A DNA stretch of 64,000 nucleotides from Octopus vulgaris (lineage: Eukaryota): NCBI GenBank assembly GCA_951406725.2, contig OX597827.1, forward strand, positions 67,084,001-67,148,000, read 5' to 3'. Each line of letters opens with the position of its first letter. Within the stretch, counting starts at the first letter, position 1. The notes below the pieces were generated by a model. The model was not told the DNA's origin. It saw nothing but the letters and a program-made list of their open reading frames with translations, and did no database searches. The position numbers were made by a program, and so were the translations under genes. Positions 1 to 14,710 of this stretch are shown one piece after another.

Positions 1-128
1 TATTTATATATATGTATATATATATACAACTATATATATATATATGTACATATATATTTACATATATATGTATATATATATATACATATATATATATACA
101 CATATATATATACACATATATATATATG

Positions 129-161
<33 letters not shown>

Positions 162-203
162 GTGTGTATGTGTGTGTGCGTGTGTATGTGTGCATGTATA
201 TAT
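1..203. repeat. (TA)n/(TG)n compound microsatellite
   Basis: Directly visible dinucleotide tract. Confidence 0.95.
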
Positions 204-651
204 CACTTTGACACAAAATCTCACCTTATTTTATTTGTTGTCAAGTTTGATGGGATGAATTATTATAACAGCGCAATGCGATTACGGTGCAGGATAATAT
301 ATTGCCGAACGTCATGAATATTGCGAATAAAGATGCGGTGAGCAGATTTTTGAAGATTTATGTCACATTTATACTATATAAATAACATGCGACATCCGGG
401 TATGAAAAGAGATGCTTAAGCTTCCATGAATTTCAAGATATAATTTTCGAACATTGATAACTTTTCCTTCTGTTTTATTTTACTTTTTTAACAGTGGTTT
501 TATATATATATATATCTGTTTATATATATGTATATATATGTGTATAGATATATATTCAATGTACCCGCTATTAGAATGTATAAATACAAACTTCCAATGA
601 GTTATTGCGTGGGGATATTAGACAGACGGTCGGTTCGATATACGAGCGTAC

Positions 652-1187
652 AGATGGATAAACGGATGGACAGATGGCCGGATGGGTACACGAACGGACG
701 GACAGAAGAATGGATGGATGGACGGACGGATGGATGGACGGACAGACGGACGGACGGATGGATGGATGGATGGATGGATGGATGGACGGATGGATGGATT
801 GATGAATGGATGGATGGATGGATGGATGGATGGATGGATGGATGGATGGATGGATGGATGGATGGATGGATGGATGGATGGATGGACGGACGGACGGATG
901 GATGGATGGATGGGTGGATGGATGGACGGACGGACGGATGGATGGATGGATGGGTGGATGGACGGACGGACGGATTGATTGATGGATGGATGGATGGATG
1001 GATGGATGGACGGACGGACTGACGGACGGACGGACGGACGGACAGATGGATGGATGGACGGACGGACAGATTGATTGATGGATGGATGGATGGATGGATG
1101 GATGGATGGACGGACGGATGGATGGATGGATGGATGGATGGATGGATGAATGGACGGATGGACGGACGGACGGACGGATGGATGGAT
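652..1187. repeat. (GGAT/GGAC)n tetranucleotide microsatellite, ~535 bp
   Basis: Directly visible; explains the MDGW-repeat ORFs. Confidence 0.97.
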
Positions 1188-2633
1188 CTTCCTAGTTCGA
1201 TTACAACATTTTAGCTGTTTGAGCAGCTGAATTACCTGATCCTAAATGAAGGTGTAAATGGCTGAGAATTCGATAAACACGTGTGGTCTTCACGTGATTC
1301 TCCGGTTAAACTAGCACACCACTGTGTGTGTAGAAACGCCATGTGTTTTTACTCACAAGTGAAAAGTACTCGGCCAATTGTCCTCGTAATTTAAAAGCAC
1401 AATCCTTCAACAATAGGTAGATGGAATCTTCTACAAAGTTTCCGTTCACTCAATTTCGCTCAATTTAGCTCAATACGCAGTGACCCCAGTGTTATAGAAA
1501 ACGACATTTTCTGAAGATGTCACGGAGTGGTTCGAACTCGGAACCATGATTTTGCAAAGCGAACTTCTTAAATGGTCGGTCATGTTACATCTTCATGGAA
1601 ATGTTATTTAAGCACTTAAATGAAATATAATGTCAAAGCTTTATGAGTGCTCCTGGATTTAACCAGAAATATGTCTGCAGTGCGCAAGTAAGCAATAATT
1701 GACACTTGGCATTTCAAAGATTCACTTGAGAGTAACTGGGGTTGGCAGAATGCTGTTGTTTATTCCGAGTCTTAAAGCTCTGAGTTCAAATCCCGCAGAA
1801 TCAAAATTTTCTCTTTTATCCTTGCGAGAGTGATAGGATAAATTATGCTATGGATATTCTGAAATTTAACTAAAAATGCAAGCGAAAACATTTAAGAATA
1901 TTTTGAAGGTAGTGACATATCAAACGGATTTAGTTGGCCAAAAATCAAAATTGAAACAATCTCCTTATGTAAAAAATTAACATGAATGTAACTCTGGAAA
2001 AGAAGGTAAATAGAGTAGACCCGCTTGCTTCTGATGCCTAATGAACTTACATGGATTAATCTGTGAATGTTTAGGTAGTTTCACGAGTCTTTGAAATAGC
2101 TTTTAAGTCTGCATCAAACATACATTCTTCGTTTTCAGAGGATCGGCACACACATACTTACGATAATGGAGTTTAAGGAACGGTTGAAAACTGGAATAGA
2201 TCAGCTCAGTTAAATATAATACAACAATAAACACAATCCTACAAGGAAATATACGTAGTTGCTGTATCTGCTTAGAAATGGCAGCCAAATCTCCCTCGAA
2301 ATACGTATCTTAATTTAAAGTAGAACTGCATATTATAATGATTGATAGATGCTTCTGTTGGTTTCGAAGTGTGAGCGCTCAGATTAGTTTCAAAATAATT
2401 TCAACTGAAAAACAAAAACAATTTCCCACCTCAGTGGCTGAATATACAAGAGATGCAGGAACTGTTGACATGATTCTCAAAGACACTCAGAGTAATGTAT
2501 TGTGAATTCGTCGAACGTTGTATTGACAAGGTAGAGCCCGATCACTGAATGCAATATCATTCAAAGGCCTTGGGTCGAGCGGACCCTTGCTCGTGATACC
2601 AGAGTAGAATCGAGTCCGCCACCTCATGGTTGA

Positions 2634-2863
2634 AAGGCGGCGAGCTGGCAGAAATGTTAGCAGGCGAAATGCGTAGCCGTATTTCGTCTGCCGTTACGTT
2701 CTGAGTTCAATTTCCGCCAAGGTCGACTTTGCCTTTCATCCTTTCGGGGTCGATTAAATAAGTACCCAGTTACGCACTGGGGTCGATATAATCGACTTAA
2801 TCCGTTTGTCTGTCCTTGTTTGTCCTCTCTGTGTTTAGCCCCTTGTGGGTAGTAAAGAAATAG
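2634..2863 (+). mobile_element. SINE family B, near full length
   Basis: AAGGCGGCGAGCTGGCAGAA head, B-box-like GAGTTCAATTTCC, body GCCTTTCATCCTTTCGGGGTCGAT (resembles the Meta/MESC SINE domain, from memory). About 20 related copies in the window. Confidence 0.85.
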
Positions 2864-3701
2864 GTTGAGAAGCGAAATTCTGTAAATATAGCCCTATGAA
2901 AAATACAGACTTGTCTTAGCTGGAATCTCTTTGATCATATGTCTTTTCAACCATGATCGATCTAGGGCTAACCAACACCATCAGCAACATGATCCACTTT
3001 ATACACAAGTATATACTTGAAACGTGATACACTGTCATAGGCTGCACTACATGAAAATGAAGATTCCCATTGTTCTCTCTCTAATTCATTATGAATATAA
3101 ACGTTACTGTAGCCCGATTCAGTTGATAGTTAACATATCTAAGGAACTTTCGTATAATATATCTAAGGAACTTTCATCTCTGAGATTTGTATTCAGCCAA
3201 AACGGACAATTGATTAATCAATTGAAGTTAGATATAAACACATAATTAAGGTAAGGAAAATTGTCAATTCCCTTTAATCATTCCCAATGCAGTTTCAAAC
3301 CTCTATACGCCTAACGAAATTAACAGTGTTCTATAAATGTCTGTTATATCTTCACGGATACTGAAACGTCGAAGATTGTGGTTATTATGTGTCACGATTT
3401 GTAGAAGCAATGAACTGGCAGAATCTTTAACACCTCTGAGAAAATACCACGTGATACTTAGTTGCCATTATTTGCATTCTAATTTCGAATCTAGTGGGGT
3501 CATCTTTTAATTTCATGATTTCGGGACAGATAAATTACGTAACAAGGCATGATGTGGGATCGATATTATCAAATATTCTATGTTCCATATATGAAAACCT
3601 GTAGTTATGTCAGAACTCAAAGCGTTTCACAGTATTTAAAGCAGATATATTAAAAGAGACCTTTGGTGCTTCCAGTATCTAGATATATCTCTTTACTTTC
3701 C

Positions 3702-3934
3702 AAAGGCGGCGAGCTGGTACAAATGTTAGCGTGCCGGGCGAAATGCTTGTTCGTATTATGTCTGCCGTTACGTTCTGAGTTCAAATTCCGCCGAGTTCGA
3801 CTTTGTCTTTCATTCTTTCGGGGTCGATAAACCAAGTACCAGTTTCGCACTGGGATTGATGTAATCGACTTAACTCCTATGTCTGTCCTTGTTTGTCCCC
3901 ACTATGTTTAGCCCTTTGTGGGCAGTAAAGAAAT
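3702..3934 (+). mobile_element. SINE family B, full length with 21-bp target-site duplication
   Basis: Homologous to 2634-2863. Flanked by ATATATCTCTTTAC(T/A)TTCCAA at 3683-3703 and 3935-3955. Confidence 0.9.
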
Positions 3935-4550
3935 ATATATCTCTTTACATTCCAAGTTGAAAGGCTGCAAGAATCAACGTAAACAACCATACCTTGACGA
4001 TCGATAAAATAAGTAGTATTATATTATCAAGTTCAATACTATCGATTATACAGTTGTTCCAGATATTGTGCATATATATTAGAAATCGATACTTACAATT
4101 TCGGAACGGTAATTTTAAATACTGCTAATTTCTGCATTAGTTTTAATCCTTCATTCTTCTGTAAAATAAGTATGAGTGATCGACTGCGGTTGACCTAATC
4201 GACAACACCCCAGCATTAAAAATAATAGGTGGTTCTGATTCACAGTGTCAAATCGATACGATGGAAAGCAATTGGCGGTCGATTTTCAGGAAATTTTACG
4301 TTCGTACCAAATCAAAATAAAATACAAATTCGGTTTCTGTTTTAATATAAATTAGTTAGGGGCTACATAAGGGAGCTAAAGGAGTTTGCATGATATTTCC
4401 ATCTGTAACTAGTGAAAATCTTTCCTCCAGTTATTAGCTTGATCGGGTGAATGACTGTAGAAATCAAAAACACTCGAGGACCTTAACCAAGGTACCTAAA
4501 GACGATATGGTGTTCTTGAGAATATTTCACAATATGTACCATATTGTAGG

Positions 4551-5000
4551 ACGGCCTGTTGGCAGAATTGTTAGCACGCTGGGCAAAATACATAGCGGTA
4601 TTTCGTTTGGGTTTACGTTCGGAGTTCAAATTCCGCCTATGGCGACTTTGCCTTTCATCAATTTCGGCGTCGATAAAATTAGTAATAGTTGAGTCCTAGG
4701 TTCGATGTGTGGAGGCGCAGTGGCCCAGTGTTTAGGGCAGCGGAATAGCGGTTTCGACTCCTAGACCGGGCGTTGTGTGTGCTTATTGATCGGAAACACC
4801 TAAAACTCCACGAGCCTCAGGCAGGGGTGGTGGCGACCCCTGTTTACTCTTTCGCCCGAACTTTCTCTCACTCTCTCTTCCTGTTTCCTGAGTAACGCTG
4901 CGATGGACTGGCGTCCCGTCCAGCTGGGGGAAACACATACGCCACAGAAACCGGGAAACCGTACCCATGAGCCTGGCTAGGCTTGGAAAGGGCGCATAAA
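4551..5000 (+). mobile_element. Degraded SINE B (4551-4705) with a family C SINE, tail type 2 (4709-5000), inserted into it
   Basis: GTGGAGGCGCAGTGGCCCAGTG tRNA-like head; tail GCGATGGACTGGCGTCCCGTCCAG...GGCTAGGCTTGGAAAGGGCG; B-family sequence resumes after ~5010. Confidence 0.8.
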
Positions 5001-5612
5001 TAAATAGGATCAATGTAATCCACTTTTACCCATCCCTCGAACTTGCTGGCCCTATGCCAAACTTTGAAACCAGTATGTGTAACACTGATTGTTTTTGAGG
5101 TGTCAAAAGTATAGAAAAGTTTAATTGTTGCCTACCTGAAACATAAACTGCTTGTACATAAGCGACAATATTGTATGTGATTTAATGCATAAAGGCAGTG
5201 ATATATTTTAATCAACACTCAAAATATCAAACAGATTCGCTATATTGAAAAGAAAACGTTGAAAGCATTCAACAAAATATGTTGCCGTTGGGTAATATTT
5301 TTGCGTCAACAACTCCAGACAGCAGCCTGATTTAATCTTTGCTTCTTGGTCTGTATTCTTGGATATAAAAACAATTTGCGACAAGATTAGCATCATGATC
5401 TGCTGATACTCTAACAACAGAATTATCATAAAGAAAATCATATTCAATTAATGAATTTTCAACTCACTAAAAAACAAAAACAGGTCTGGGGTGGGTGTTA
5501 CACATATATAGTACGAATATGACACTTGTGCTCTTTTCTAAGTGCCAGTGTAGAGTCATAAGGGTATATCACACACACGCTTATGTACATATGTACAGCT
5601 GTGTATATATAC

Positions 5613-5685
<73 letters not shown>

Positions 5686-5698
5686 GTGTGTGTGTGTG

Positions 5699-5882
5699 CA
5701 GGTACATGGATCACTGGTTAGAGCGTCGAGCTTATGTTCATGAGCTTGTGAGTTCGATTCCCGGACCGGGCAGCGTGTTATGTTCTTGAGCAAGACACTT
5801 TATTTCACGTTGCGTAGGTCACTCAGCTGTAAAAATGAGTTGCGACGTCACTGGTGCCAAGCTGTATCGCCCTTTACCTTTC
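5699..5882 (+). mobile_element. SINE family D (tRNA head plus CORE-like body), 3'-truncated
   Basis: A-box-like TGGATCACTGG, B box GTTCGATTCC, then GTTCTTGAGCAAGACACTTTATTTCAC; homologous to 43085, 46955 and 52070. Confidence 0.8.
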
Positions 5883-6967
5883 ATGTTAATGATTTTTCTC
5901 AGGTAGTTAGCATGTTAATACGTTAATAAGTAATGTATACATTAAATTAATACAGATTTCTATTTGTATTTATATTTCTCGTGTATTGTGTTGACGAAAG
6001 AAAAAAGCCTATTTTTATGGCTTTAATCAAGAAATTAGATCCAATTAACGTTAAGGCTTTTTAAAATTTCTTCACTCACCCCAAATGCATGGATGGTGAT
6101 TGTAAAACCGGAAGACTGCATACACAGGTGAAACGACGAGTGGTTTGGCCAAGCGTATAAGTAGACATTGGAGGGAGTACTGGGATTAAAGACAAACCTC
6201 GGTACCGTACCAGCATGCCAAAGAATAACCTGGTGGTATACTGAACCGGAGTAGCTTAGAAATCATGTCTGGACACCCGGACGACGTATCGCTACGACAG
6301 ATATGAGACTCAGTCTTGATAAACGAAACACGAATGGTTTTGAATATGAAGTACTATCATTAGGCAAAGGCCTTAAAAGGACCCGTGGATGCACACACAC
6401 ATACATACATAAGCACACACACGAACAGACACACACACACGCAAGCATATACACATATACAAAGACGAACAAGGACACATCACGCCCAAACGGACACACA
6501 TATATACACGTATACACACGCACGGTAACATACATACTTAAGTACATACGTACACACAGGAAATCACACACATATGAATGCACGGACATACACACAAACA
6601 TACACACACGGGCACGAACACACGCATAGAAAGACACACTGAGACACAGACAGACACTCACACGCATACGTACACGCAAACAGACAGACACGCTCGTATA
6701 CACAGGCCCTCCCATACACACATGGACGCACGCACGCATAGGCATGCTCATGCTCACGCAGAGATTGATATCAATTTATTCAACATTTATCAAACAAAGA
6801 AGGCGGTTTAACTGTCTTTGAGAGAAACGTTATACAGATGAACGTCTGCGTTTGCGAAGAAAACAGAGAAAAGCACAATCGCTGTGTTATGTATATTAAA
6901 AACGACATAGCCAGTTTTTAAAATACACACACAAATACACATATTATGTGAGTGGGTATATACCCAT

Positions 6968-7276
6968 ATCATGTGATCACGTGACCGACCAGACCATCAG
7001 ATGCTGTTACACATCGCTGGTCACAATGCGTTCGCATTGTTTTTAGCCTTCGAATGACGCCATCTCGCTGGCAAAGTGAGCAGGCCAACAGAAGAAAGAG
7101 TGAGAGAAAGGGTGGCGAAAGAGTACAGCAGGGATCACCACCCCCTGCTAGAGCTTTGTGGAGCTTTTTAGGTGTTTTCGCTCAATAAACACACACAACG
7201 CCAGGTCTGGGAATCGAAAGCGTGATCCTACGACCGCGAGTCCGCTGCCTTAACCACTGGGCCATTGCGCCTCCAC
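6968..7276 (-). mobile_element. SINE family C, full length, tail type 1
   Basis: Reverse complement of the 29477-29778 copy; tRNA-like head with A and B boxes. Confidence 0.9.
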
Positions 7277-7352
<76 letters not shown>

Positions 7353-7540
7353 AGTATATACATATTTGTAGATATATATACATATATATTTCGTTTTTGG
7401 ATTTGGTTTGCAAGATTTGTTTGTGAGTTCGTGTGTTGAAGCATATTCTGTTGTGTGTGGAGAGAGTCATTTTCTTTTTGTGCCTTATAATATAACACAC
7501 TCATCGGTAAAATTTCCACTTATTTCTTATTTTTATTTTC

Positions 7541-7582
7541 GTAAAATTTTTCGATGCGTCTTGCAACCTCTTCAATAGTTTT
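7541..7582 (-). ncRNA. Degenerate hammerhead-like motif in a TA-anchored repeat (~7390-7590)
   Basis: Minus strand TTGAAGA-G-GTTGC-aagac-GCATC-GAAA-AATTT; U3 core variant and imperfect stems. Confidence 0.35.
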
Positions 7583-8270
7583 GACTCTCAAAACTATTTT
7601 CCGACAACATTCCACGGTGATTTTTAGGCATAATAAAATGTAATTTGTGTCAGGCTGATTGCTGAAAGCGCATGTATGTTATACATATACGCAACGTTTA
7701 CTTCAACGGGAGCACTGACTTTCGTAGCATGCGGATACTATGGTAAAGATGATGTTTGTGAGCTCTTATCTCCGTAGCGGAAAGTGCGCAAACTCAAACT
7801 CACAGTTGTATATTTATATTTATACATAAGTATAAAACTGTGTATATGTAGATAGACATGTATATATGCGTAAATATATATATATATATATACATACATA
7901 TATATGTGTGTGTGTATGTGTGTGTTTGTATATGCATGTATGTATACCTGTTTGTGTACACATGTGCATACATACATACGGAAAGGGCAAGAGGGAGAGA
8001 GTGTTCCAGATGATAAGAAATGCAGTCAAACAGAATGTCAGACGGATTTGTAAGCAAGCTATACATCATAAATCGTAACCAGAAGTACACCGTAACGAAA
8101 CCGTTCCATAAATAGCTAATAAGCGATGAGATTATTCAGAGCTGTGGCATTTGCACATAACATAAACACTGAACCTATAAATACAACTTCTTTAGTACAT
8201 CTCTTACATTACATATTTATATACGTGTATTCGTACACACACACACTCACACACACACATATGTATATAT

Positions 8271-8361
8271 ACACATTGATTTGATCACTATAAACAAATC
8301 ATTTATGCCGGTTATTCGGCATATGCTGAGTATTCATACGACGTTTGCGATGGGAGAGTCC

Positions 8362-8421
<60 letters not shown>

Positions 8422-8512
8422 GGACTCTCCCATCGCAAACGTCGTATGAATACTCAGCATATGCCGAATAACCGGCATAAATGATTCGTTTATTGTGATC
8501 AAATGAATGTGT
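8271..8512. repeat. Inverted repeat with ~95-bp arms around a central (TA)n; the whole is a ~240-bp palindrome
   Basis: Arms 8271-8365 and 8418-8512; inner ~66 bp identical, a few mismatches outside; mirror ORFs in the ORF track. Confidence 0.97.
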
Positions 8513-8843
8513 GATACATTAGCTCGTTTCTTCCATCAAATCAATGTTGTCCGAACAGGTGCCCCATGTACCACATATCAGGTTTCAATGTGATCGCAGG
8601 AATTGAAACCAAGTTCTCGGGATCGCTAGTGCACTACCCTAAGCACTAGACATGGCATCCCCTCTTCCAACCTCTCTCTCTCTCTCAGACTCTCTCTCAC
8701 TTTCTGTATATATATATATATATATATGTTGTTATATTTCGGAATGGTTATTTTGCCACTTTTGCCAATAAAAACACACGCACTATTTGGTGTTATTTTG
8801 CTTCGGTGTTATTTATTTTTTACATTAATCTTAATCTTATTTC

Positions 8844-8888
8844 GGCCAGAGTTCTTTCGTCACACTCCTGTGACCGCATCAGTGGTCC
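8844..8888 (-). ncRNA. Minimal type I hammerhead ribozyme variant (A9 to C) in a ~225-bp element flanked by (TA)n (8726-8950)
   Basis: Minus strand GGACCA-CTGATGC-G-GTCAC-aggagt-GTGAC-GAAA-GAAC-TC-TGGCC: stem I CCA/TGG, 5-bp stem II, short stem III, CUC cleavage triplet. Confidence 0.6.
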
Positions 8889-8944
8889 TTTGTTTTCTTC
8901 TTTCTTATTTGTTTCAACACACGAATTCACATAAAAAATCTTGC

Positions 8945-9025
<81 letters not shown>

Positions 9026-9510
9026 GTTATACATATCCTTTTCTAATGGACGGGGCCTGTCCATTAGATTGAGCACAGTTCGCAACTGGTACTTAATTTA
9101 TCGACCCCAAAAGGATGAAAGATAAAGTCGACGTCGGCGGAATTTGAGCTCAGAACACACAGACAGACGGCGTGCAAATGATTCTGCCAGCTCGCTTCAT
9201 TCATCGTATCTATTGTATATATCGTGTAAACATGTACATCTTAACATGTAAATCTCGGGAAAGTTTATGTGTGTGTGTGTGTGTGTTTGTGAGTGCGTCT
9301 GTGTAAGTATATAGATATATCGTATATTGTGATGTAAGTATATATATATATATATGTATATACATAAATAAATAATTTACGATTACTTGAAGCATAACTC
9401 AATATTCCTCAGTAGCTCTTCGGATATTTTGCAAGTAATAAACATAAGCGGAAACATAAAATATTGATGGTGAAACGAGTCCGGAAATAGCCGAACAATT
9501 GACCGGCCTT

Positions 9511-9554
9511 AACTGGTGAGGCAACGGAAATTGCTGAGACTGAAGCGTCAGTAC
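9511..9554 (+). ncRNA. Degenerate hammerhead-like motif
   Basis: CTGGTGA-GGCAA-cggaaa-TTGCT-GAGAC-tgaagc-GTC; two core substitutions relative to CUGANGA/GAAA; ~50 bp upstream of a (TA)n tract. Confidence 0.4.
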
Positions 9555-9599
9555 TAAGAATTCTCGATTGTCACTTTTAGAACGGTTACGTCCCCTGCT

Positions 9600-9631
<32 letters not shown>

Positions 9632-9660
9632 AACATATTATTACGTAAAACCATGGGAGG

Positions 9661-9946
<286 letters not shown>

Positions 9947-11567
9947 ATATATATTTTTATATATAGACACACAAGGCATATGTCCTTTATCATTTCCTGG
10001 TTTCAGTCATTATATTGCGGTCATGTTGGTGCACCACCTTCATGGAATTTTAATCGAATGAATCGACTCCAGTATCTGGTTTTCGTTTCTTTTTCTGTGC
10101 TTGCTAATTATACTATTCTCTGTTTTGCCGAGCCGCTAAGTTACATGGATGTAAACACACCAACATCTGTTGTTAAGTGGTGATGGGGCACATAAACAGA
10201 ACCCAGAGACACAAACACAGACATAGACTCATTAACCTTCTGTTTCCTTGCACCAAATATAATCACAAGACCCCCCTTGTACCGAAGCTATAGGAGAAAT
10301 CACTTGCTCAACGTAGTACATTTGTGCTTATATTTGAAACGTATGTATGGATATTTTGACGTATAGGACTCGCACTGACGCAGACATATATAATTATCCT
10401 GGGATTAATTCGTCAGAGAAACATATTTGGAGCATACTTTTAAAAGAGAAATACATCGCCGAGAACTGAAACTTTTATTTGTAACATGTCCAACAAAATC
10501 TATTTCATTGCATTTTTTATAATAAAATATATATTAAACTAATTAATTTACTCTGGAATTGAAAAGACGATTTGTGATCATGGGCAAAGATTCTTCTTGT
10601 CTAGTTACGATATATTCATCTCAGAAACTAAAAGTAGGATATATTTTTTTAGATATTGCTTGGATATCCATTTTATGTTATGGTATGCATAATATCTACT
10701 TTATTGATGCTTTCATATGGTATAAAACACAAATTTCATTTAGAATATAAGAGTATCAAAATGAAGCATGTGTTGCATTCGCAAGCACCTGAGAACGTCT
10801 AAACATCGTAGTGTAATCTGTACAATGAACAAAATAAAGATTAGCGGTCTTATATACTCAATGCAATTTTGAAAGATGTCTACATATCTTCTATGATCAA
10901 AGAGTTCGACATATAATCGATGAAACCATTATATATAGTTGTGTTTGTGTATGTGTGTGTGCGTTTGTGTGCGCATGCGAGAATTATATTTGTTTTACAT
11001 GTTGCGTATGAAATGAAACAATTTAACAAGAAAATTGAATAAGGGCGCCATATGTTTTAGTTGATTACATGTCTATTAAAGTTCGAAATCACTTACTTCT
11101 CATCGTATGTATATATTCGATGTTCGAAGACATCCCTGGGAAGCTGAATACAAACAATACGTATTAGTATTAATACAGCTACTGTCACTAAGAATTAGGT
11201 TTAGCGCTCAAATTCCGTTGATGTAGTCATTGACCTTCATCCTTTGATCAAGGTCGGTCCAATGTAATATGATAGACCTTCCCCGAAAATTTCAGGCCTT
11301 GTTCCTTTAACAGAGATGATTATTACAACTATAACAGCCTTCCCTGAAATTAATAATATTTGGTATTAGTATTATTATTTTTATATTTTAATCTTAGTCA
11401 TTTAAAATACGCTCCATGGAATTCTGACGGAATCATATAACAATCAGGCAGAATGCTTTTATTCATCACTTACGCAGGCTGCACATAACCTCCACTCAGA
11501 TTTATCCGTATTTATTGTCTTTCACTTCATCTCTTCCTCTCCCTTTTCTACAGCGTGTAAACGTGAA

Positions 11568-11626
11568 GCATACATACATACATAAATATATATATATATA
11601 TATACATATATATGTATAATGTATAT

Positions 11627-11676
<50 letters not shown>

Positions 11677-11830
11677 GAACATGTATACATACATATATAT
11701 ATACGTATGCATATATATATATATATATATATACATATGCATATATATATACATATTCATATATATACACATATACATATATATATACATATTCATATAT
11801 ATACACATATACATATATATATACATATAC

Positions 11831-11863
<33 letters not shown>

Positions 11864-12002
11864 CATATCATAAATACACATATACATATGTACATATACA
11901 TATATATACATATACAAAGATATATACATATATATATATATACATATACATATATATATACATATATATATACACATATATATATATGCATGTGTGTGTA
12001 AG

Positions 12003-12035
<33 letters not shown>

Positions 12036-12040
12036 TTGTG
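11568..12040. repeat. Degenerate (TA)n/(TACA)n tract
   Basis: Directly visible. Confidence 0.93.
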
Positions 12041-12720
12041 CGCAGGCATATATGCAAAGATGTATATTATATGCACAAAACATATACGTAATGTACATTA
12101 ATCTATTTTATCTTGTGCCCATTTAATGCAACGAGTAATGTTAATCTCCATTTCAGGTTTTATACATATTCTTTGCTTTTTGTTTGTGGTTGTGTGCGCA
12201 TGTGCGCTGTCTATGCGTCTGAGAGATTTTGCGCACATGTGTGTGTACTTATAAGCACATGTAAGATCAAGGACTGTTATACTGTTTGGAAAATTTGCCT
12301 GCAATTGTAAACAACAAACGCACGTGTTCTGATGTGCATAGGTACATGCATGCATACACACTCATACATACATATATACATATATATATTTATTGCAAGC
12401 TATGGAATACAAATAAATATAAATATAATAATATATAAATATAATTATAAATAAAATATAAATAACATATAAATATAATAAAAATAAATATATATACAGA
12501 TAGTTTTATATATATATATATATATATATTTATATACTGGTAGGTGGGAGCTGTGATTGTAAGTATGCATATACATGCCTCTGAAGGCATGTGTGTACAC
12601 ATGACATATATATCTATTGACCGAACTGTAAACAGCGTGTGATTATACGCATTATATAACATTTCATCTACGGAAAAAAAACTGCAAAAACGCATACATA
12701 TACGTACAGATAAACACAAA

Positions 12721-12773
<53 letters not shown>

Positions 12774-13023
12774 ATATATAAAGCGTTGTTATTCTCGCTA
12801 ATCGGATCAGTGACGGGATCGCACATCTTTCAGTTGCTTGTGTGTTCCTCGCCTCGTTTTTTTCCTTCCATCTTCCTCCCTCTCTATCGTGTAATTATGA
12901 ATACGTACTCGCGGCGCACGCAAACGGAGATAGATATCGGCATTTACACGCCACTTACCTTCTTCTATTGTTTGCAATCTCTGCTCTCATTCTCGTTACT
13001 ACATAATACGCTCGTTCCGCTAC

Positions 13024-13358
<335 letters not shown>

Positions 13359-14171
13359 CCTGCATGCAACCAGCGTATAATCAAATGATTTTTCACCCTT
13401 TTTCGCGTTCTCACACTTATTTATCTCTCTCTCACACATACACACATACTTCTCTGACACTCACACTCTCTACTTCTTCTTCTCCTTCTCCTTCTTCTTC
13501 TTCTTCTTCTTCTTCTCTGTATCTCTAACTCAGGCTCTGTTCTCATGCTTATCTTTAAACTCATTCACGGATGCACTCAGAGTTCTATATTGACATCCGT
13601 CACATATGAATGGTTTGCTTTCTCCGCACTTTCCGCGTTCGATATATTTTTTTAAAACAATAACCTACTTACAGCTCCAGGTAAAATGTTCATTAACAGT
13701 CGGCTTCCAGCATAGTGCTTAACCGATTACTGTACTTACTAATGCTACTAGTTACGATGTACTGAGCATACGTAGTTGAAATTAAGAGAACCTCTCTTAC
13801 ACATATTTAGTTCATGCGTACGCTTGGAAAAGCTGCACTGGATGTTCCAATGGATCAAAGGAACAATTCATTTGTTTCTGGTACAATGATCAACTATCAG
13901 AACACAGACACACTCACACACACACACACACGCACACGCACAGACATACATACATACGCACTCATATATGTATGTGTGTTCGTGTATATATGTGTGTATG
14001 TGGGTGAGTATGAGTTCTTTTTTTTTTATGTCAGTGCTTGTGCTCCATCACAGCTTCACAACTGCCACCAGTATGTTTAAGTTCTCGTAAGAAAGCGCTT
14101 CAACAACCAGAGAAGACAAATAATAAGTACGAGGCTTGACATAATGTATATATATATATTTTTTTTTGTAT

Positions 14172-14386
14172 TTGTTTCAGTCATTTGACTGCGGCCATGC
14201 TGGAAGCACCGCCTTTTTAGAGTGGTGAAAGAGTACAGCAGGGATCACCACCATCCCCTGCCGGAGCCTCGTGGAGCTTTTTAGGTGTTTTCGCTCAATA
14301 AACACACACAACGCCCGGTCTGGGAATCGAAACCGAGATCCTACGACCGCAAGTCCGCTGCCCCAACCACTGAGCCATTGCGCCTC

Positions 14387-14389
<3 letters not shown>
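14172..14389 (-). mobile_element. Chimeric SINE: family C head (14221-14389) joined to a family A 3' tail (14172-14220)
   Basis: TTGTTTCAGTCATTTGACTGCGGCCATGCTGG directly abuts the C-family body. Confidence 0.75.
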
Positions 14390-14475
<86 letters not shown>

Positions 14476-14476
<1 letters not shown>

Positions 14477-14678
14477 TGTTGATTCGTTAGCTACTGCACG
14501 CATTTTTTTCTCTCCTTCTTTCTGTGTTTCTCTCTCTGTGTATCTTTCTGTTGAAGAGCGTAGGCTCGAAACGTTAAAGACTTGTTTTATTTATATTTCC
14601 TGAGCGCCATACTAATACAATTGTTCGTTTGTTTTCCACCTGCCTTCGTCTTTTGTTTATTTTCATAAAGCTTCCCGT

Positions 14679-14680
<2 letters not shown>
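14476..14680 (+). mobile_element. Short TA-anchored repeat with a Penelope-type hammerhead-like motif (14543-14580)
   Basis: TCTTT-CTGTTGA-A-GAGC-gtag-GCTC-GAAA-CG-TT-AAAGA; stem I TCTTT/AAAGA; homologous copy at 45580-45760 (-). Confidence 0.6.

Positions 14681-14706
<26 letters not shown>

Positions 14707-14710
<4 letters not shown>

Noticed and set aside
6085-6300. Possible decayed RTE 3' fragment
   Set aside because: Only vague motif resemblance; too degraded to call. The same applies to LINE-like stretches at ~39350-39760, ~46200-46720 and ~59460-59700.
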